Source: Mantamonas sphyraenae STR306
Taxonomy: Eukaryota > Protista > CRuMs
Reading direction: 5' to 3'
Assembly (NCBI GenBank): GCA_026936335.1
Contig: JAPMXV010000070.1
Coordinates: 124,001-188,000, forward strand
DNA: 64,000 nucleotides
Within the stretch, counting starts at the first letter, position 1. Each line of letters opens with the position of its first letter. Below, in pieces: positions 43,101 to 58,100 of the stretch. Below the pieces are notes generated by a model that had not been told where the DNA came from, made no database searches, and saw only the letters and a program-made list of their open reading frames with translations. The position numbers and the translations under genes were made by a program.

Positions 43101-46100
43101 TCACAACAACGCCATCTCCCCCTCCTTCACCACCCCCTTCCTCCACTCCTCAAACCCTCCCAAATACAACCTCTTCACCAGCCCATCAAACACCTCCTCC
43201 CTCTCCATCCCCTCCTCAATCTCCCTCTGGAACTCAATGCACTCTCCAAACTCCAAATCCCCCGTCTCCCCCACATACTCATCACTGTCGTCATCAAAGA
43301 ACCGTTCCAGCACCTCCATCACCTTCTCATGATGCCTCGCGTGCCCCACCCCCAGATCCTCCCCTGCCTCCACCGCACTCATCATCACCACAAACATCTT
43401 GCACGCCGCCCCGCTCAGCCCACTGTCCTCCGCACTCCTCCTCAAGTACCTTCTCTTCATCCACCCGCTCCACACTCCACGCACATGGCTGTCCCGCATT
43501 ACCGTCTCCACGTCCTTCACACGCTCCTCCACAGGCACACTCGACACCTGCTGGCCCATGTACTCTGCAAACCGTTCAAACACCACCTCGTACACCTCCA
43601 CCATTGCCTCGTCAAACACAAACTCGCTTGCCTGGCCCTCCCCCACTGCACGCATCAGTGCTGCCTGCACTCCGTACTCCACTCCCAGATACTTCTCGCT
43701 CTCGTCCTCGTCAAAGTACGTCTCTACAATCTCGCTCATCTCCCTCGCCGCCTCCTCCTCGCCCATCTCTGCACTCGCCACTCCACGCTGCAGCGCACGC
43801 ATCCTCCTCCACGCCTCCACCTTCACCTCCTTCATCGGTGCCAACGTCGCACCCAGCACCCTCTCCACATGCTCATCTGCAAACTCAAAGAACTTTGCGC
43901 GCAGTCGCTGCTCTCGCAGCACCTCCATCGGCCTGCGGATGCGTTCCTCCATCGACAGTCCCATCTGCACAGAGTCTGCACGTTCCTGCAGCCTCGCCAG
44001 CAGCGTCGCACGCCTTGCAGCTGCCTTGAACTTCAGCCGTGCGTTGGCTGCTGCCATCACCTGTGTCTCGGACAATCCTTCCACCTTGCGCACTGTCTTT
44101 CCACTCGATCCTGGGCTTGCCGGGCTCGCATCAAACTTCTCCAACAAACTGTCCCGCATCGCCTGCTTCTCCGCCTTGATGCGTCGTTCCTCCAGCTGTG
44201 CTGCCAGGTTCGCTTCCATCTCCTGCACGTACTTCTGCTTGCGTGCAATCTTGATAAACTCGCGCACAATGACGACGCCAAACACAGACAGCACAATCGC
44301 ATTCACTGCCAGCAGCACCGCAGAGATCATCGTCTCCTCCGCCTTGGTTGTCTCTCCGCTGTAGAACATCAGTCCCGTCAGCAGCGTCACTGTCGTTGCC
44401 AGCAGACTCATCGTCTCCAGGTTGGTTGCCTGCTGCTGCTGGAACGGCCGTGCGTACAGATGCACCACAAGTGCACCCATGCTCATCCACAGTCCGCTGT
44501 ACAGCTGCGACAGCGGCTCAAACCGGAAGTACACAATGATGGCCACCACACTCAGCTTGCGCACCACAATCATGATTTCCCAGAAGTACCGCTTCTTCGA
44601 GTAGCCATCGTACAGGAATCGGTACCGTGCCATCACCGTCGGTTTGGACAGGAACTTGCGGTTCTTGTACAGCACACCCAGCGCAGCAAACGGCACACCC
44701 AGGCAAAAGATAAACACCATGGGCAGGGCAAGGGAGAAGCGGTAGTACAGGTACAGCGGGTCTGTGCACGAGATGCTCATGTCTGTCTCCAGATACGTCG
44801 AGTCGTCCTCCAACCTGTAGCAATTGAACACGGCAAAGATGCCCTTGCTCACCGTCGGGTGCGAAATGAACAGGATGACCATGATGCTCAGAGCATACAT
44901 GTTCTTGAGATGGTATCGCCACGCCTCCATATCGCTCATGCGTGCCTCTGTGCCCACACGCCTGCCCGACGCTGCCAATGCCTTCTTGTCCTGCTCCTTC
45001 TTCAACAGATCCAGAAGCTTGGCACGGTCGTCCTCATCCTCCACGTTAAAGTTGGTCGTGCGCTCAATCTCCAGCTCCGGACGCTTCACCTTGATGCCCA
45101 GACGCGGGGCAACCCAGCGCACCCAGACATACACAAGGGAAAACACCACCGCCGGCGCACTGACGGCAAAGAACGGCAGCATTAGGTAGCCGTTGAGGCG
45201 GTCAAAGTAGTTCCAACCCGTGGCACAGTCGATGGGATGCAGCTTCAGCGTAAACAGGGCCAACTGCGACGTTTCCATCAGACTCTGTGTTTCACTCGTC
45301 CAATTCAGTCGGAACTCGCCCACAAAGGCCAACACCTGCAGGTAGTTCAGCAGGATCTTCATGATGATCGACGCCGACGACTTTTCGCCCGTGGCCGTGC
45401 GGATGAGAAACAGGATCATGGCGGTGGCCGCGAGGAAGAAGAGGACGACCAGCACGTAGTCGCCGCCTCCGTTGTCACAAATCAGACACTTGACGCCAAA
45501 CTTGCCATAGTTGGGTTCGCACACGGAGCACAGCGGACCCGTGTAGCCCACCGCACACGTCGAGTTGGGTCCTCCCTCACACGCCTCCTTGACCTGGCAC
45601 TTTTCAAACCGCGACGATCCGGGACGGATGCTGTAGTATCCTATCTGCGCCTCGATCTCCTTGCCCTGCACACACACGCCGCCTGTGGTGCACTTCTTGC
45701 ACGTTCGGACGCCGTCCACCAACACTTCAAAGAAGCCACCCACACAGGAGCAGCCTGCGAGCGAAGGCACGCTCTTGAGACCACTGGTGTCCATGTTGGC
45801 CGGACACGCGGTGCACTCCACCTGCCCTGCCTTGTCCTGGTACGTGACCGGAGGACACGACTCGCACACCTGTCCCGTGGCTGTGGGCAACGAAAAGAAG
45901 CCCTCCAGGCATTGGCACACAAACGCATTGTTGGGATCCGGTTTGCTGTTGGGTGTCACCGACGAGCATGGCACCACCGTCACCGCCTTGGACAGACGCA
46001 ACGGTGTGACACCAACCAGCACAGGCGCAGAAAACACAAGGTCGTACTGCACGCCGTACTTGCCACGGAAGCCCAACGAGGCAAAGGTGACGTTGCCCTT

Positions 46101-49100
46101 GGCATCGCTCACCTCGGCTGTGTTGCGCAGCAACAGTGTGGAATCGCCCTCCACCTCCACAATCAACGAGACCCCACTGCGGTTCACTGCATTGCCCAGG
46201 CGATCCTGCAGCTGCACACTCAACGGAGGCGACAGTGCATTCACGTTGTCCAGGGTGCGGTTCATGTTGGCATCCAGCGGTTTCAGCTGGGCCACGGGGC
46301 CCGGCAGCACCCACACACGCACACGGAACTCCTGGTAGCCCGTGGCACCAAAGTAGATGTTGTACGGTCCCTCCAGCGACGCCAACAGCAGCGTGTTGAA
46401 CGTCACCTGCGTCGTCACCTGCAGCGTGGTGTTGCCACCCACCAGTTCCGGTCCACGCAGGTTGAAGTTGTTGTGTCCCTCTGCCGTGTCGCCACCATCC
46501 GTGGACGGCAACTCGTCGCCCGTGTCCGGATCCGTTTCCACCTCACCCGACGGCCTGTCTGCACGTGCAGTCACGGTCAGTGGATGGGCCAGCTGCGGCA
46601 CGGCGTTGCCTCCTGCGTCCACCAACAGGATGAGCATGGGAGGCACCTGTGTGCCTGCGCCCGCCACCCCGGAGTACGTGGCGTAGCGTGTGCGTGTGCC
46701 GTTCACAATCAGCTGGTCGGGCTGGCCCACCGTCACGTTGACCGACACCTGCGCCGGTTGCAGGTTGGGTGCACTCAACACAAACGTGTGCACGCCCACA
46801 CGCGGACGCACCAGTTGCACACTTGCAAACGTGGCCGTGCCACTCGTCGTCTGCTCCTCCACACGTCCGCGCACAACCACATTGCTCAACACACGATCCT
46901 CACTCCTGGAGTACGACCCGGGCGACGACACAACCGTCGCCGTCACCTTGCGGCTCGACGCATCCACAAAGCCCAACTTGTTGCCACCCACATCACGCAC
47001 ACTCACCACCACAGGCGGCACCACACTCACAATCGAACACGTCAACTGCCGCACCCCGGCGGCATCCACCACCAGCTGCGTCGCCGATCCCTGCACCACA
47101 CGCAGCGCAAACGTCACGTTGGACAGGCCCACACTGGACACGTTGAACACATAGCGTCCCACTTGCGGTGCATACACCTCCATGCTGCGCACCACAAGCG
47201 TGCCGTTGCGCATCACGGTGTCCACCCCCTGGGCAAAGTCCAGTGGCTGTCCCGCGTCGCTGCTCACCATCTGCACACGCACGGGACGCTGGTTGGCCAT
47301 GTCCGACACACCCACCGGTGTGCCTCCTGCATCCAAGGCCACCAACGACAAGGCCTTGAGCTTCATCGTGGCCACACAGGCACGCACGCTGTCCTGCACA
47401 CGCTGGTCACTGGCGATGTACAACGCACGCGCAGGGCCCACACGCACACCCACAGCCACCGTGGCACTCGTCAGTCCCGTGCCACTCAGCGTCACTGTGT
47501 ACGTGCCCACTGCGGGACGCACAAACGCAAGCGAGGCCCACTGAGCACGTGAGCCTGCAACCACCGCGGTGCCATTGCCCACCATGGTCGCTCCCGTCAC
47601 AGTGGCACTCAAGGCCATCCCTGCGTTCAGCGTGGTCGCACTTCCACCTGCGTCCAGCAGAGTCACCGCAATCGTGTCCAGCGCCGTCTCCTCCACACTT
47701 GCGTGTGCCACACTCGTGTAGGCATCCGCACGCAACGACACGGCAGGGCCTTCCAGCACACGCACAGACACGGTGACGTTGGACAGACCCGCTGCCATCA
47801 GTGTCATCCAATGCACACCCTGCGTCGGGTTGCGCACACGCACACTTGCATTCACCACACCCGCACTGCTGCTCCAGCTCTGTCCGCTCACCACGTCCAG
47901 TGTGTCGCTCACCACACGCACCGCGCGTGCACTCGTGTCCAGTGTGCCCACAAAGAAGCCGCTTGCCTCGATGGCATGCGACACCACAGCACCCACCGTC
48001 ACCTCGTGGCGACTGGCCACCGCGGTGTTGTTCCCTGCCACCAGACGCTGATCCAACGCGGGTCCAGGCACCACCGTCACGTTCACCGACACGTTGACCA
48101 ATCCCACAGAGGTCAGTGTCAACACATACGACCCATGCGTGGGCCTCTGCAGCCACAGTCCGCTCACCGACACGCTGCCATTCACCATGCTCCAGCTCAT
48201 CTGTCCCTGCACGGGCACAGGCACACTTGTGCCCTGCACCGTCACCGTACGCACGGTCTCGTCGGTGCCACCCACCGCCGTGCCACTGGCATCCACAGCC
48301 TGCACACCCAGCGCCGGCAGCATGGTTTGCACCAGACTCGCACGCGTGGCAGACGTCGTGTTCACCACCAGACGCACAGGCGGACCCACCCGCACCTCCA
48401 CCGTCTCTGTCGTCGCCAGCAGTCCCGTCGACGAAAACCCAAGTGTGTACGTGTCGGCCACCGGTGCCACCAGCGCCAAATCCGTAAAGTTGACCCGGCC
48501 GCCTGTCATCTGTCCAATCACCGCGCCTGTCAGCGTGGGCAACGACGCACCGTTGGCCGCCGATTGCAGCTGCACAAACACAAAGCGTGTGGCCGTGTCG
48601 CTGGATCCCACTGTGTTGCCACCCACGTCGCGCAACTCCAACGCAAGCGCAGGGAGTGCCGTCGATTGCAACGTGCGCACAGACGGGCTGGTGGCGCCCG
48701 TGGGACGCACCAGACGCACGGCGGCGCCCACCTTGATCGCAAACGAGGCCGTGGTCGGTGCCAATCCCGTGCTGGTAAACGTGAGCAGGTAGCCACCCAC
48801 TGTGGGTGCCACCATGCGCAGATCGCCAAAGGTGGCGTTGCTCTCGCCTGCACCAAACGTCACTGTCTTTGTGCCCACAAACGCACTTGCGCTCGCGTTG
48901 ATGCTCACGCTCACCGTGCGTCCGGCCAGTCCGTTTGTGCTCACACTCCCGCCTGCATCCAACGCCTCCATCACCACCGGCGGGATGACCACACTCGATG
49001 CACTTGCAAGCGCACCTGTCAGTGCCGCACTTGCCTTGCGCAGTCGGCTCACAGGGCCCACCTGCACCGTCACACCCACACTCACGTTGCGCAGACCGTT

Positions 49101-52100
49101 GCTGGACAACACCAGTGCATACGCACCCGCAGGTGCCGCCTGCATGGCCAGTCCCGTCAACACCGTGCGTCCCTGCACCATGCTCCACGTGGCATTGCCC
49201 GAAAGCAGCGCCACATTGCTGCTGCCTCCTTGCAACCACACCGCCACCGTGCGCACACTTGCATCGGTGCTGCCCACAAACGATCCGCCGGCGTCGTGTG
49301 CACGCACCTCGATGGCCTCCAGCGGCGCGTACGGCACACTCTCCACACTCGTCGACGTCACATTGCTCCTCAGTTCCACCGCAGGACCAATCACCACCGT
49401 CACGTTCACACGTGCACTCGTCAATCCTGCGCTCGTCAATCGCACCGCGTACGCACCGGCGCGGGGTGCGATCAACGTCACGTTGTCAAACAGGGCCGTG
49501 CTCACGTTGGTCAGCGTCGCCGCAAGCGTGCCAGCCAACACAGACGTGGTGGATGCATCCACACCCTCCACACGCACCGTGCGTGTGTCTGCATACTGGC
49601 TGGGCACCACGTTGCCCGCCGCGTCCAGCACAGTGGCCGTCAGGGCGCTCAGCGACAGACTGGCCACACTTGCAAACGGGCCCATTGTGTTGGGAGACGC
49701 CTGCAACGCAAAGGGGAACCCTGGCGTGATGGCCAGGGTCACCGAGGCACTCTGCAACGACATGACGGCACCCGTGGAATACACGTGCAGGGTGTACGTG
49801 TCGTTGGCCGGCTTGGACACAGCCAGACCGGACAGGGAAACCAATCCGTTGGCGCTGTTCTGACTGGTGGTGCCTTGCAACACCAGACCCTTGGTGGCAT
49901 TGATGGCCACCGTCACACTGCCTTGTTCCACGAGTGTGCCAGCCACATCCAACACACGCACGGCCACGGTGGGCAGCGACACAGACGCCTGTGTGGGCAA
50001 CACCACACTGGTGCCACTGGTCACTTGCAACTGGTACGCCGCACCCACCAACACACGCACCGCCACACGTGCCTGCGACGTGACACCGCCACTGATGCCC
50101 AAACGCAGTTCATACACACCTGCCTTGGGTGTGTCCAGCTGCACGCCGTCCAACACACCCACGGCGCCACTCAGTGTGATGTTGGTCACACCCACCACGC
50201 TCAGTTGCGTGGAGTTGCTGCCCACCACGGCGGCCGTCAGGTTGGCGGCACGCGTGTCGTCCACCACATCGCCGCCTGCGTCACGCACACGCACGGTCAT
50301 GGCAGGCAGGGTCACACGTGCACTGGCCACCACGTCGCTCACCTGTGCAGGTGTGCTGCTGATGCTTGCCGGCGGTCCGGCTTGCACCGTCAGGGCAAAC
50401 GTCACCGAGGTCAGATTGGCACTGCTCAGCGTCAGTGTGTACGACCCACGCGGAGGCGAGCGCAACACAAGCGCGTCAAAGACCACGCTGCCATTGATCA
50501 TGTACGCAGTGGCACCCACGGTGTCCAACATGGTCGGGTTGGGACTCACGGAGGCCACCACCGTGCGGTTGTTGCTGCCATCCGAGTCGGCCACAAAGAA
50601 TCCACCGCTGTCCAGGGCACGCACGGTGATGGCACCCAATTGGGTCACCGTCTCACTCTCGCGTGCCATGCTGTTGGGACTGTGCACACGCAGCTGCGAG
50701 GCAGGACCCACCGTCACAGCCATGGGGACATCCACACTGCTCATGCCAGCCACGCTGAAACGCAACACGTAGTCGCCCACGGCAGGCGCCACCAGCTTCA
50801 CGTTGCTGATGGTCACTGTGCCGTTGACCATTCCATACGTCGCGTCCTTGACCAGAGTCAGGGTGCCGTTCAGAGTGCTCACCACCACATTGCGTGTGCT
50901 CGTGTCACTGTCCCCCACAAACGTGCCACTGGCATCGTGTGCGTCAATCGTCACACTGGGCACATCCACCTGCGCCACACTCGGTTTGCTCAACACCGCC
51001 CCTCCCGCACGTCGTCGCAACTCCACAGGCGTGCCAATCGTCACCACCGCCACCGTGCTCGTGTTGCTGGCCACAAACGGCGCCGTCACACTCAGCACAT
51101 ATGTCCCGGGAAGCGGTGCAGCCATGCGTGCTCCCGTCAGCGTACACGTCCCATTCACGGGCGTGCATGCCACGTAGCCGCCTGCCACCGCCAGTGGCGC
51201 CGTGCCGTTGACACTCGCCATGCGCACTTCCGTCAGTGCGTTCTTCACAAGCGTCACCATGCCCGACACGTCCAACACACGCACCTCCACCGCACTCAAC
51301 GCCGTCAGCGACGACGTGCCATACCGTGCCGCCTCCACAGCCGCACGGTTCACAATGTCCAGCGTGTGTGGCTCGCCCTGGGTCACTGTCACCGTCACGT
51401 TGACGCTGTTCAGTCCCGCCGTCTCCATGCGCAACACATACACACCGGGCACAGGTGCAGCCAGACGCACGTCCGACTGCACAAGTGCACCTGCGCTCAT
51501 GTTGCCCTGCAGCGTGCCGCTCAGCGCAAGCGTGCTGGGTCCGCTCACCTGCGTGATGTTCACCCACCTCTGCGCAGCCGCATTGCCCACAAACTGCGAT
51601 GCCACGTCGTACACACGTGTGCTAATGCCAGGTGACAGCAGAGACGACGCCGTGCTCTGAACCGTGTACGACGATGTGCTTTCCAGGCGAAGCGACGTGG
51701 CCACGCCCACCGTCACCGTCATCGACGTGTTTGCTTGCAGGCCCGTGTTGCTGTCCAGAACCACAGTGTATGTGCCCACCAGCGGTGCCGCAAGTGCCAG
51801 GTCCGTAAAGTTGGCCTCTCCGCCCACCACGGCGCGCGTCAGCGTTCCTGTCAGGATTCCGCCTGTCACCGCCACGCCGTTCCGACGCAGACTCGCCTTG
51901 ACCCACGTCGTGCTCGTATCGTTGCCGCCAAGCACCTCGTTCTGGTGGTTCAGCGTACGCACGTGGATCGGAGGCAGGGCCACCGTCGCTGCGCTGCGCT
52001 GTGCCGCAAGTCCGCTCAGGTCGCTCGTCAGCTGCAGCGTCTCGGGCACGTCTGTGTACACACCGTGCACCTCTGCCTCGTACAGCCATGCGCCGTCGGT

Positions 52101-55100
52101 CGTGTCGCCAAACACGCCCATCCTTGCCTGGCTGTTGTTGAAGCGCAGCCGGAAGGCGGTGGCGCGCACTTCCGCGTTCAAAAAGTCCAGACACAACGAG
52201 GCGTCCAGTTGGTCTGACGGCACAAAGAAGCACGGCTTCTGGGTGCCAAACGCAAGTGCGCTCACCTTGGTCACACGTGTGAGCAGGGGCACCCATGGCC
52301 CACCGGCCTCCACCGCATAGTCCACCAGATAGTAGTCTGGCTGGTTGCGACACGGCTGGAACCACGATGTCAGGAACTCGTTCACAAACGCCTGTTTCGG
52401 CAGCGTCAGCACAACCTGCTGCAGCACGTCGCTCGTGTTGGTCACCTGTTCCGGGAAACGCACGCCACAGTACAATCCCTGTGTCACTGCCGTCTTGGCA
52501 CAGCAGCGGTCGCCGTCAATCAGCCCCTGTTGCAGGTTCAGCGACGCAATGCCTGCCGTGGTGCCGTTCAGCGACGCGTTCACAGCCAGGTTGGGCAGGT
52601 ACACCTGACCCTTGGCTTCACGCTCGGGCACACCCACAGGCAGCTCCGTCGTCAGACGACACAGCGGCGAAAACGGTTCAATGTACTTGAACAGGGTGCC
52701 CGCGTCTGTCACCGACGCCACGTACTGCTGGCCATTGTTCGACACCTGCAGGGCCACGTCGCCCACCTCGCTTTCCGGCGACGTGCAAATCACCTTTGTG
52801 GACGACACCCACTGTGCCTTGGTCGTGGACACAATCGTCCCAAAGCGACAGTTCAGGTAGCCGTTGTTCACAAAGCCCGTGCCCACCACCTCCACCTCGG
52901 TGCGTCCGTACACGGGTCCGTTGTTCGGCGAAAACACACCCACTGTCTCTGGGGTGTAGTACGTCACCTGCAGGTTGGCCGCCGACACGTCGCCTCCTGC
53001 GTTGTTGCTCACCGTCACCCCAGCCTGTCCCGGGGTCCCGCGTGCGGGGCTCGTGCACACCACCTGTGTGCGACTCACGTACGCCACACTCAGGCACGAC
53101 ACGCCGCCCACCTTGACCTCCATCCCGGGCGTGTTGGTAAAGTTCACTCCCGTCAATGTCACCAGCGTGCTGCCTGTCGGTCCCAAATCCGGCACCACAC
53201 TCGTGTAGTTCGCCGGTCCCAGCGATGTCACGTCAAACGGCGACCCGCTGATCGGCACCCCTCCGCTTGTCACAGCCACGCTGATGGCCATCGCCTGCGT
53301 CACGTTGTATCCGTACGTGTACAACGCACCCGCCTTGGTCGGTCCCGATGTCGTCAGCGTCCCTGTCGCCGCCGTCACCGTCACGGCAAACGAATCCGTT
53401 TCTGCCGTGCGAAGGTTGCCAAACGCATCGCGTGCCTGCACCACAAAGAACGCACCCGTCTGCACACCAAAGCTGTTTGCTGTCGCCGTGCATGCGGGTG
53501 CATACAGGGGACCCGGTGTGATGCTGATGCTTCCCCCGCTGCCCAGGATTGCCTCGCGTGTGCCGTTGCCGTACACAAGCTGCACACGCACCGTGTACGT
53601 GCCACTCACCGTCAGGTTGAATCCCATCGTGTACACGCCCGTCTGTGCCGCGTTGCTCTGGGTCGCATTCACCTCCACCCCGGCCACGTTGTTGTTGCTC
53701 AGTGTCGTTGCAAACACGTCCCCGTACTCCGTGCGCACGTTGTTGAACTTGTCACGCGCACGCACCGTGAATGTGCCTGCCGTGCCTGCCTGGTACGTGC
53801 CCAGACCCTCCACAATGCTGTTGCCCGACGCAGGACCCGCCAGCAGCGTGCTGTTGTACGCGCCGTTGCTCAGCAACACCCCGCCCAGACGCACACGCAC
53901 CATAAACACACCCGCCTGGTTGGCTTCGTACGTCAGACGCATGCCCACACCGGGCAGACCCGACGCAGATGCCGTTACCACGCCGCCGTTCACGCCGTGT
54001 GTCAGCGTGGCACTCACGTCGTCGTTGTCCTGCGTGCGGTTGTTGCCAAAGCCGTCGCGCACAATGACATCGATGTACTGCGGGGTGCCCGCCTGTGCGG
54101 TGGCTGTGTTTGTGCGATCCACAAGGGTGGTGCCTGCATAGGCACCCGCAGGTTGCACGGGCACACTCAGAGGCGAATCGCTGCTGGGCAGACCTGCCAC
54201 ACGCAGTGTCAACAAACGCACGCCACTCTGTGTCAGGTTGGCCAGCACACGGTACTGTCCCTGTGCCATCGCTGTGATGCTGCTGCTGCCATCGTTGGTC
54301 ACCAACGACACATCCGCCTCCATCGTCACCTGCACCCCACCGGTGCCCGTCAGCCCGTTGCCAAACGCATCACGCACTTGCAACACAAGATCTGCAGGCA
54401 CCCCAGCCACCACACTCGTGCCTGGTCCAGACACCACACTGCTGCGTGGTCCGTGGGCCACACCAGGCACCACCTGCAACGTGTACGGCGACCCAGACAC
54501 GTGTGCGCCTCCAAAGAGCACCCCCACAGCGTACGTCTTGGCCTCTGTCAGGTTGTACGTCACCGCGTACCGTCCCTGGCCGTTGCTGCTCAGGGTTGCC
54601 GTGGCCAGGGACACCGCAAAGCCAGCCTCCCCCGTCAGTGTTTGGTTGTTGTTGTACACATCGCGTGCCTGCACTGCAAACGTGCCTCCTGCGCCAGCCA
54701 CACTCGTGGCCAGGGCAGATCCGCTGGCAAAGCTGTTGGCGGCCACAGTGGCACCGGGGTTGATCGTCACACTGTACGGACTGCCCAACAGTTGCACGGC
54801 TCCGTTGCCGGCCACACTCTCCACGTGCACCTGGTGGCTGCCGGACACGTACAACCGCGTCGTGATCACAGATCCACCCGTGTACGGTCCCCCTGCGTTG
54901 ACACTCACGTCGCTGTTGGGTGTCTGTCCACCCGTGTGCACCACACGCACACGCATCAGCGACGGTGTGCTTGCACTCGTCCGGTTGTTGTCAAACGCAT
55001 CCCGTTCCTGCGCATACAACGTGCTCAGTGCACCTGCGGTCAACACACCGCCCACCGGCGCCTGCAGCACAATCGATCGTCGCAGATCCGTCTCTGACGG

Positions 55101-58100
55101 CACCACCGCAACCGTGTACGTCTGTCCCGACGCAAGCTGGTTGCCAGGCTGCAGACTCACCGTCAGTGTGTACGATCCACTCACCGTGGCGTTGTACCGT
55201 GCCGTGTACACTCCCTGTCCCGGGGTGCCTGGTGTCACACTGCCTGTCACCGTCGACACCGCTCCCGACACACTCGACGTGTGGCTCAGACTCACACTGT
55301 ATGTGTCTGTCTCCACCGTGCGTTCGTTGCCAAACGCATCCCGGCTGGCAATGGCAAACACAGCCTCGGCATGCGCTGCACTCGTCGCCAATCCGGCCAC
55401 AAGGGTCATCGGCGCATGCGTCGCCGCAGGCGTCGTCTGCACCACCGTTTGCACGCCGCTGCTGGTGCCGTCGATGTGGACGGTCAGCGTGTAGGACCGT
55501 GCAAGGGTTACGTTGAAGGCCAGGTTGTACAGACCGTTGCTTGCCGGGGTCACACTCACGCCGGGGTTCAACACGGGACTGGTCACCACCGTCACCGCAT
55601 GAGCCACCGTCGCCAGGTTGTTCTCGTGCACGTCACGCAGCTGCACCTGGGCCACACGCGACGTGCCTGCAATGCCACTGGCCAACCCGGCGCCACTCAG
55701 CACCGTCTTGGCGGGTGACACCACACCGGGCACCACATTCAACGTAAACGGGGAGCTGGGCACGTGGACCCCTCCTGCAAACACACGCAACGCATACGCC
55801 CCCGACACCGTCGCCGTGTACCTCAGTGTGTACACGCCGTTGCCCACACCCGTGGGTGTCACCGTCGGCGTCTGTCCACCGTGCACGTTGTGCTGCAGAC
55901 TGCCCGTGATGGCGTCGGCTGTGCCCGGCCGCGAGTTGTTGCTTGCGTCACGTGCATACACCGTAAAGGCACCCTCGGTGCCAGCCACCGCAGCGTACAG
56001 AGAGGCACCCTCTGCCTGCGACTTGCTCGCATCCAAGGGTCCTGCGGCCACAGTCAGGGTCTTTGGGAATCCCTGCACATTCTGTCCTGCAATGGTCAGT
56101 GCAAACGTGTAGTCACCCGACACCGTGGCTGTGTATGCCACCTGGTACGCCCCATTGCCCTGCGGCGTCGTCACAGGCGTCACCGCAGCTCCTCCTCCAC
56201 CCACACTCGTGTGTGTCAGAGTGCCCACCACTCCGTCGCCTGTCCCTCCACGCGGATTCCCATACTGATCCCGAGACTGCACCGTCAACGACGTGCCCAC
56301 TGCACTCGTGGCTCCCGTCGCTCCGGCTCCCGACACGGTGCTCGATGCACCGTTCACCCCGGCGGCGACCACCTGCACGCTCACACTCGTGCTCACATCC
56401 GCCAACACCTGCTGTGTGTCCTTCAACGCAAACGTGTACGTCTGTGCACCCTCTGCACGCATGCTGCTCACCACAGACCCTGCGTACGGCACGCGCACGT
56501 CACTGATGCTCGGTGCACTCGTCATGCTCCCCGACGTCGCCGTCAGTGTGTACCGTGTGGCCAATGCTGCCGTCTCGCTGCGCACGTGGTAGCTGTACCC
56601 TGCGTTGCTGCTCTGCTTCCACGTCAGATGACGTCCGTTGCCACTGTGGTCGTACAGTGTGTCTCCTTGACACTCGTGCATGGGCAGGTACAGCCACAAC
56701 TCGGGCTCAAAGCCCATCGGTGCCCGTCCTGCTGCCAGACGCCCCACTGCCGTCGCATCCATGGCCGTCGACCACACACTCAGATCCGTCACCATGCCCT
56801 TCCACAATTGGTGCGCTTGGATGCCTCCGTCCAAGCTGTCCTGGTCTGCGCCCACGGCAAACGACCCTGGCGATCGCACCTCGCCCAGGCCCGTGGCCGA
56901 CTTCACCGATGCGCCGTTCACGTACATGATGCCACTTCCGCCGTTGCCAATGTCCAACACCAGGGCCACGTGGCTCCACGTGTCCTCTGTCAACGGCGTG
57001 ATGCCACCCTGCACCGAGCCACGCACGCGGAACTGCATCTCCGACGCAGACACCTGCCGGATCACAAGCTCGTTGTCCAGGTTCGGCGACGCGTAGTACT
57101 GCACCAGATTCGGCGAGGTGTTGCCACCCGACGCACGGAACGCCCACAGACTCAGGGTCAACGTCGTGGCAGGCAGATCCATGTTGGGGTTGCGTGCATA
57201 GTCTCCCGTGTTGGTATTCTCAAACTGGGCCGCACACTGCTCCGAACGCATAAAGTCACCCGCTCCCACGCCGCTCAGCACCGACATGTGCTGGGTGCCC
57301 TTGTAGTCGTATGCCGTGCTGCCACGACACTCGTCAAACGTGTACAGGGCCACAAGCAGTGGGTCGTCCTGCGAGGGCAGATTGTACATCGTGTGACGCC
57401 TCACCTCGTCTGCTGAGCTGAAGAATGTGTTCCACAGTTGCACGTTGTCCTCTGCGTGACGTGCCGTCTGGTCGGCCGATCCACACCCACCCAGGCAGTT
57501 TTGGTTCTGGCCCAACATCAGCGATCCCGTGGCTCCCATGTTGGCCCCTGCCGCCACTGTGGCTGTGTGTCGCAGCACCCCATCCACGTACAACTCCGTG
57601 CGTCCGTCGCTGCGACGCCACTGCATCAGCATGTGGTGCCATGTGTCGTCGTTCACGTTGACCCCGTGCGTAATGCTGCCCGTGCATCCGGACGCAAAAC
57701 ACACCGTGGGATTGTTGGGATTCACAGACGACACCCTGAACGTGCCCGGTTGGTCCGCACGATAGTTCAGTCCAAACGCCTCCAAGGGCTTGGTGCCCTT
57801 GGTGCGCAGCCACAGCGCAGACACCACGTTGGCGGTGGGGAACCCGTTGAATGGATTCACCACCAATCGTTCATCGATGGCATTGCCAGGCATCTCCAAC
57901 ACGCACCGACGCGCCGCACGCTGTGTGGCATTGTTCAAGAAGCGATCCTGCGGTTGCAACACGCCACCCGATGCAAGTTGCACTCCGGCCGTCAGTTGCA
58001 ACCCCGTACGGAAGGCACCCAGCACCTGCGACTCTCCGGGACTCGCTGCACCCGGCGTGATGCTCAACCACAACGCAGGGTTGGTCGCCGTCACCGCCGT

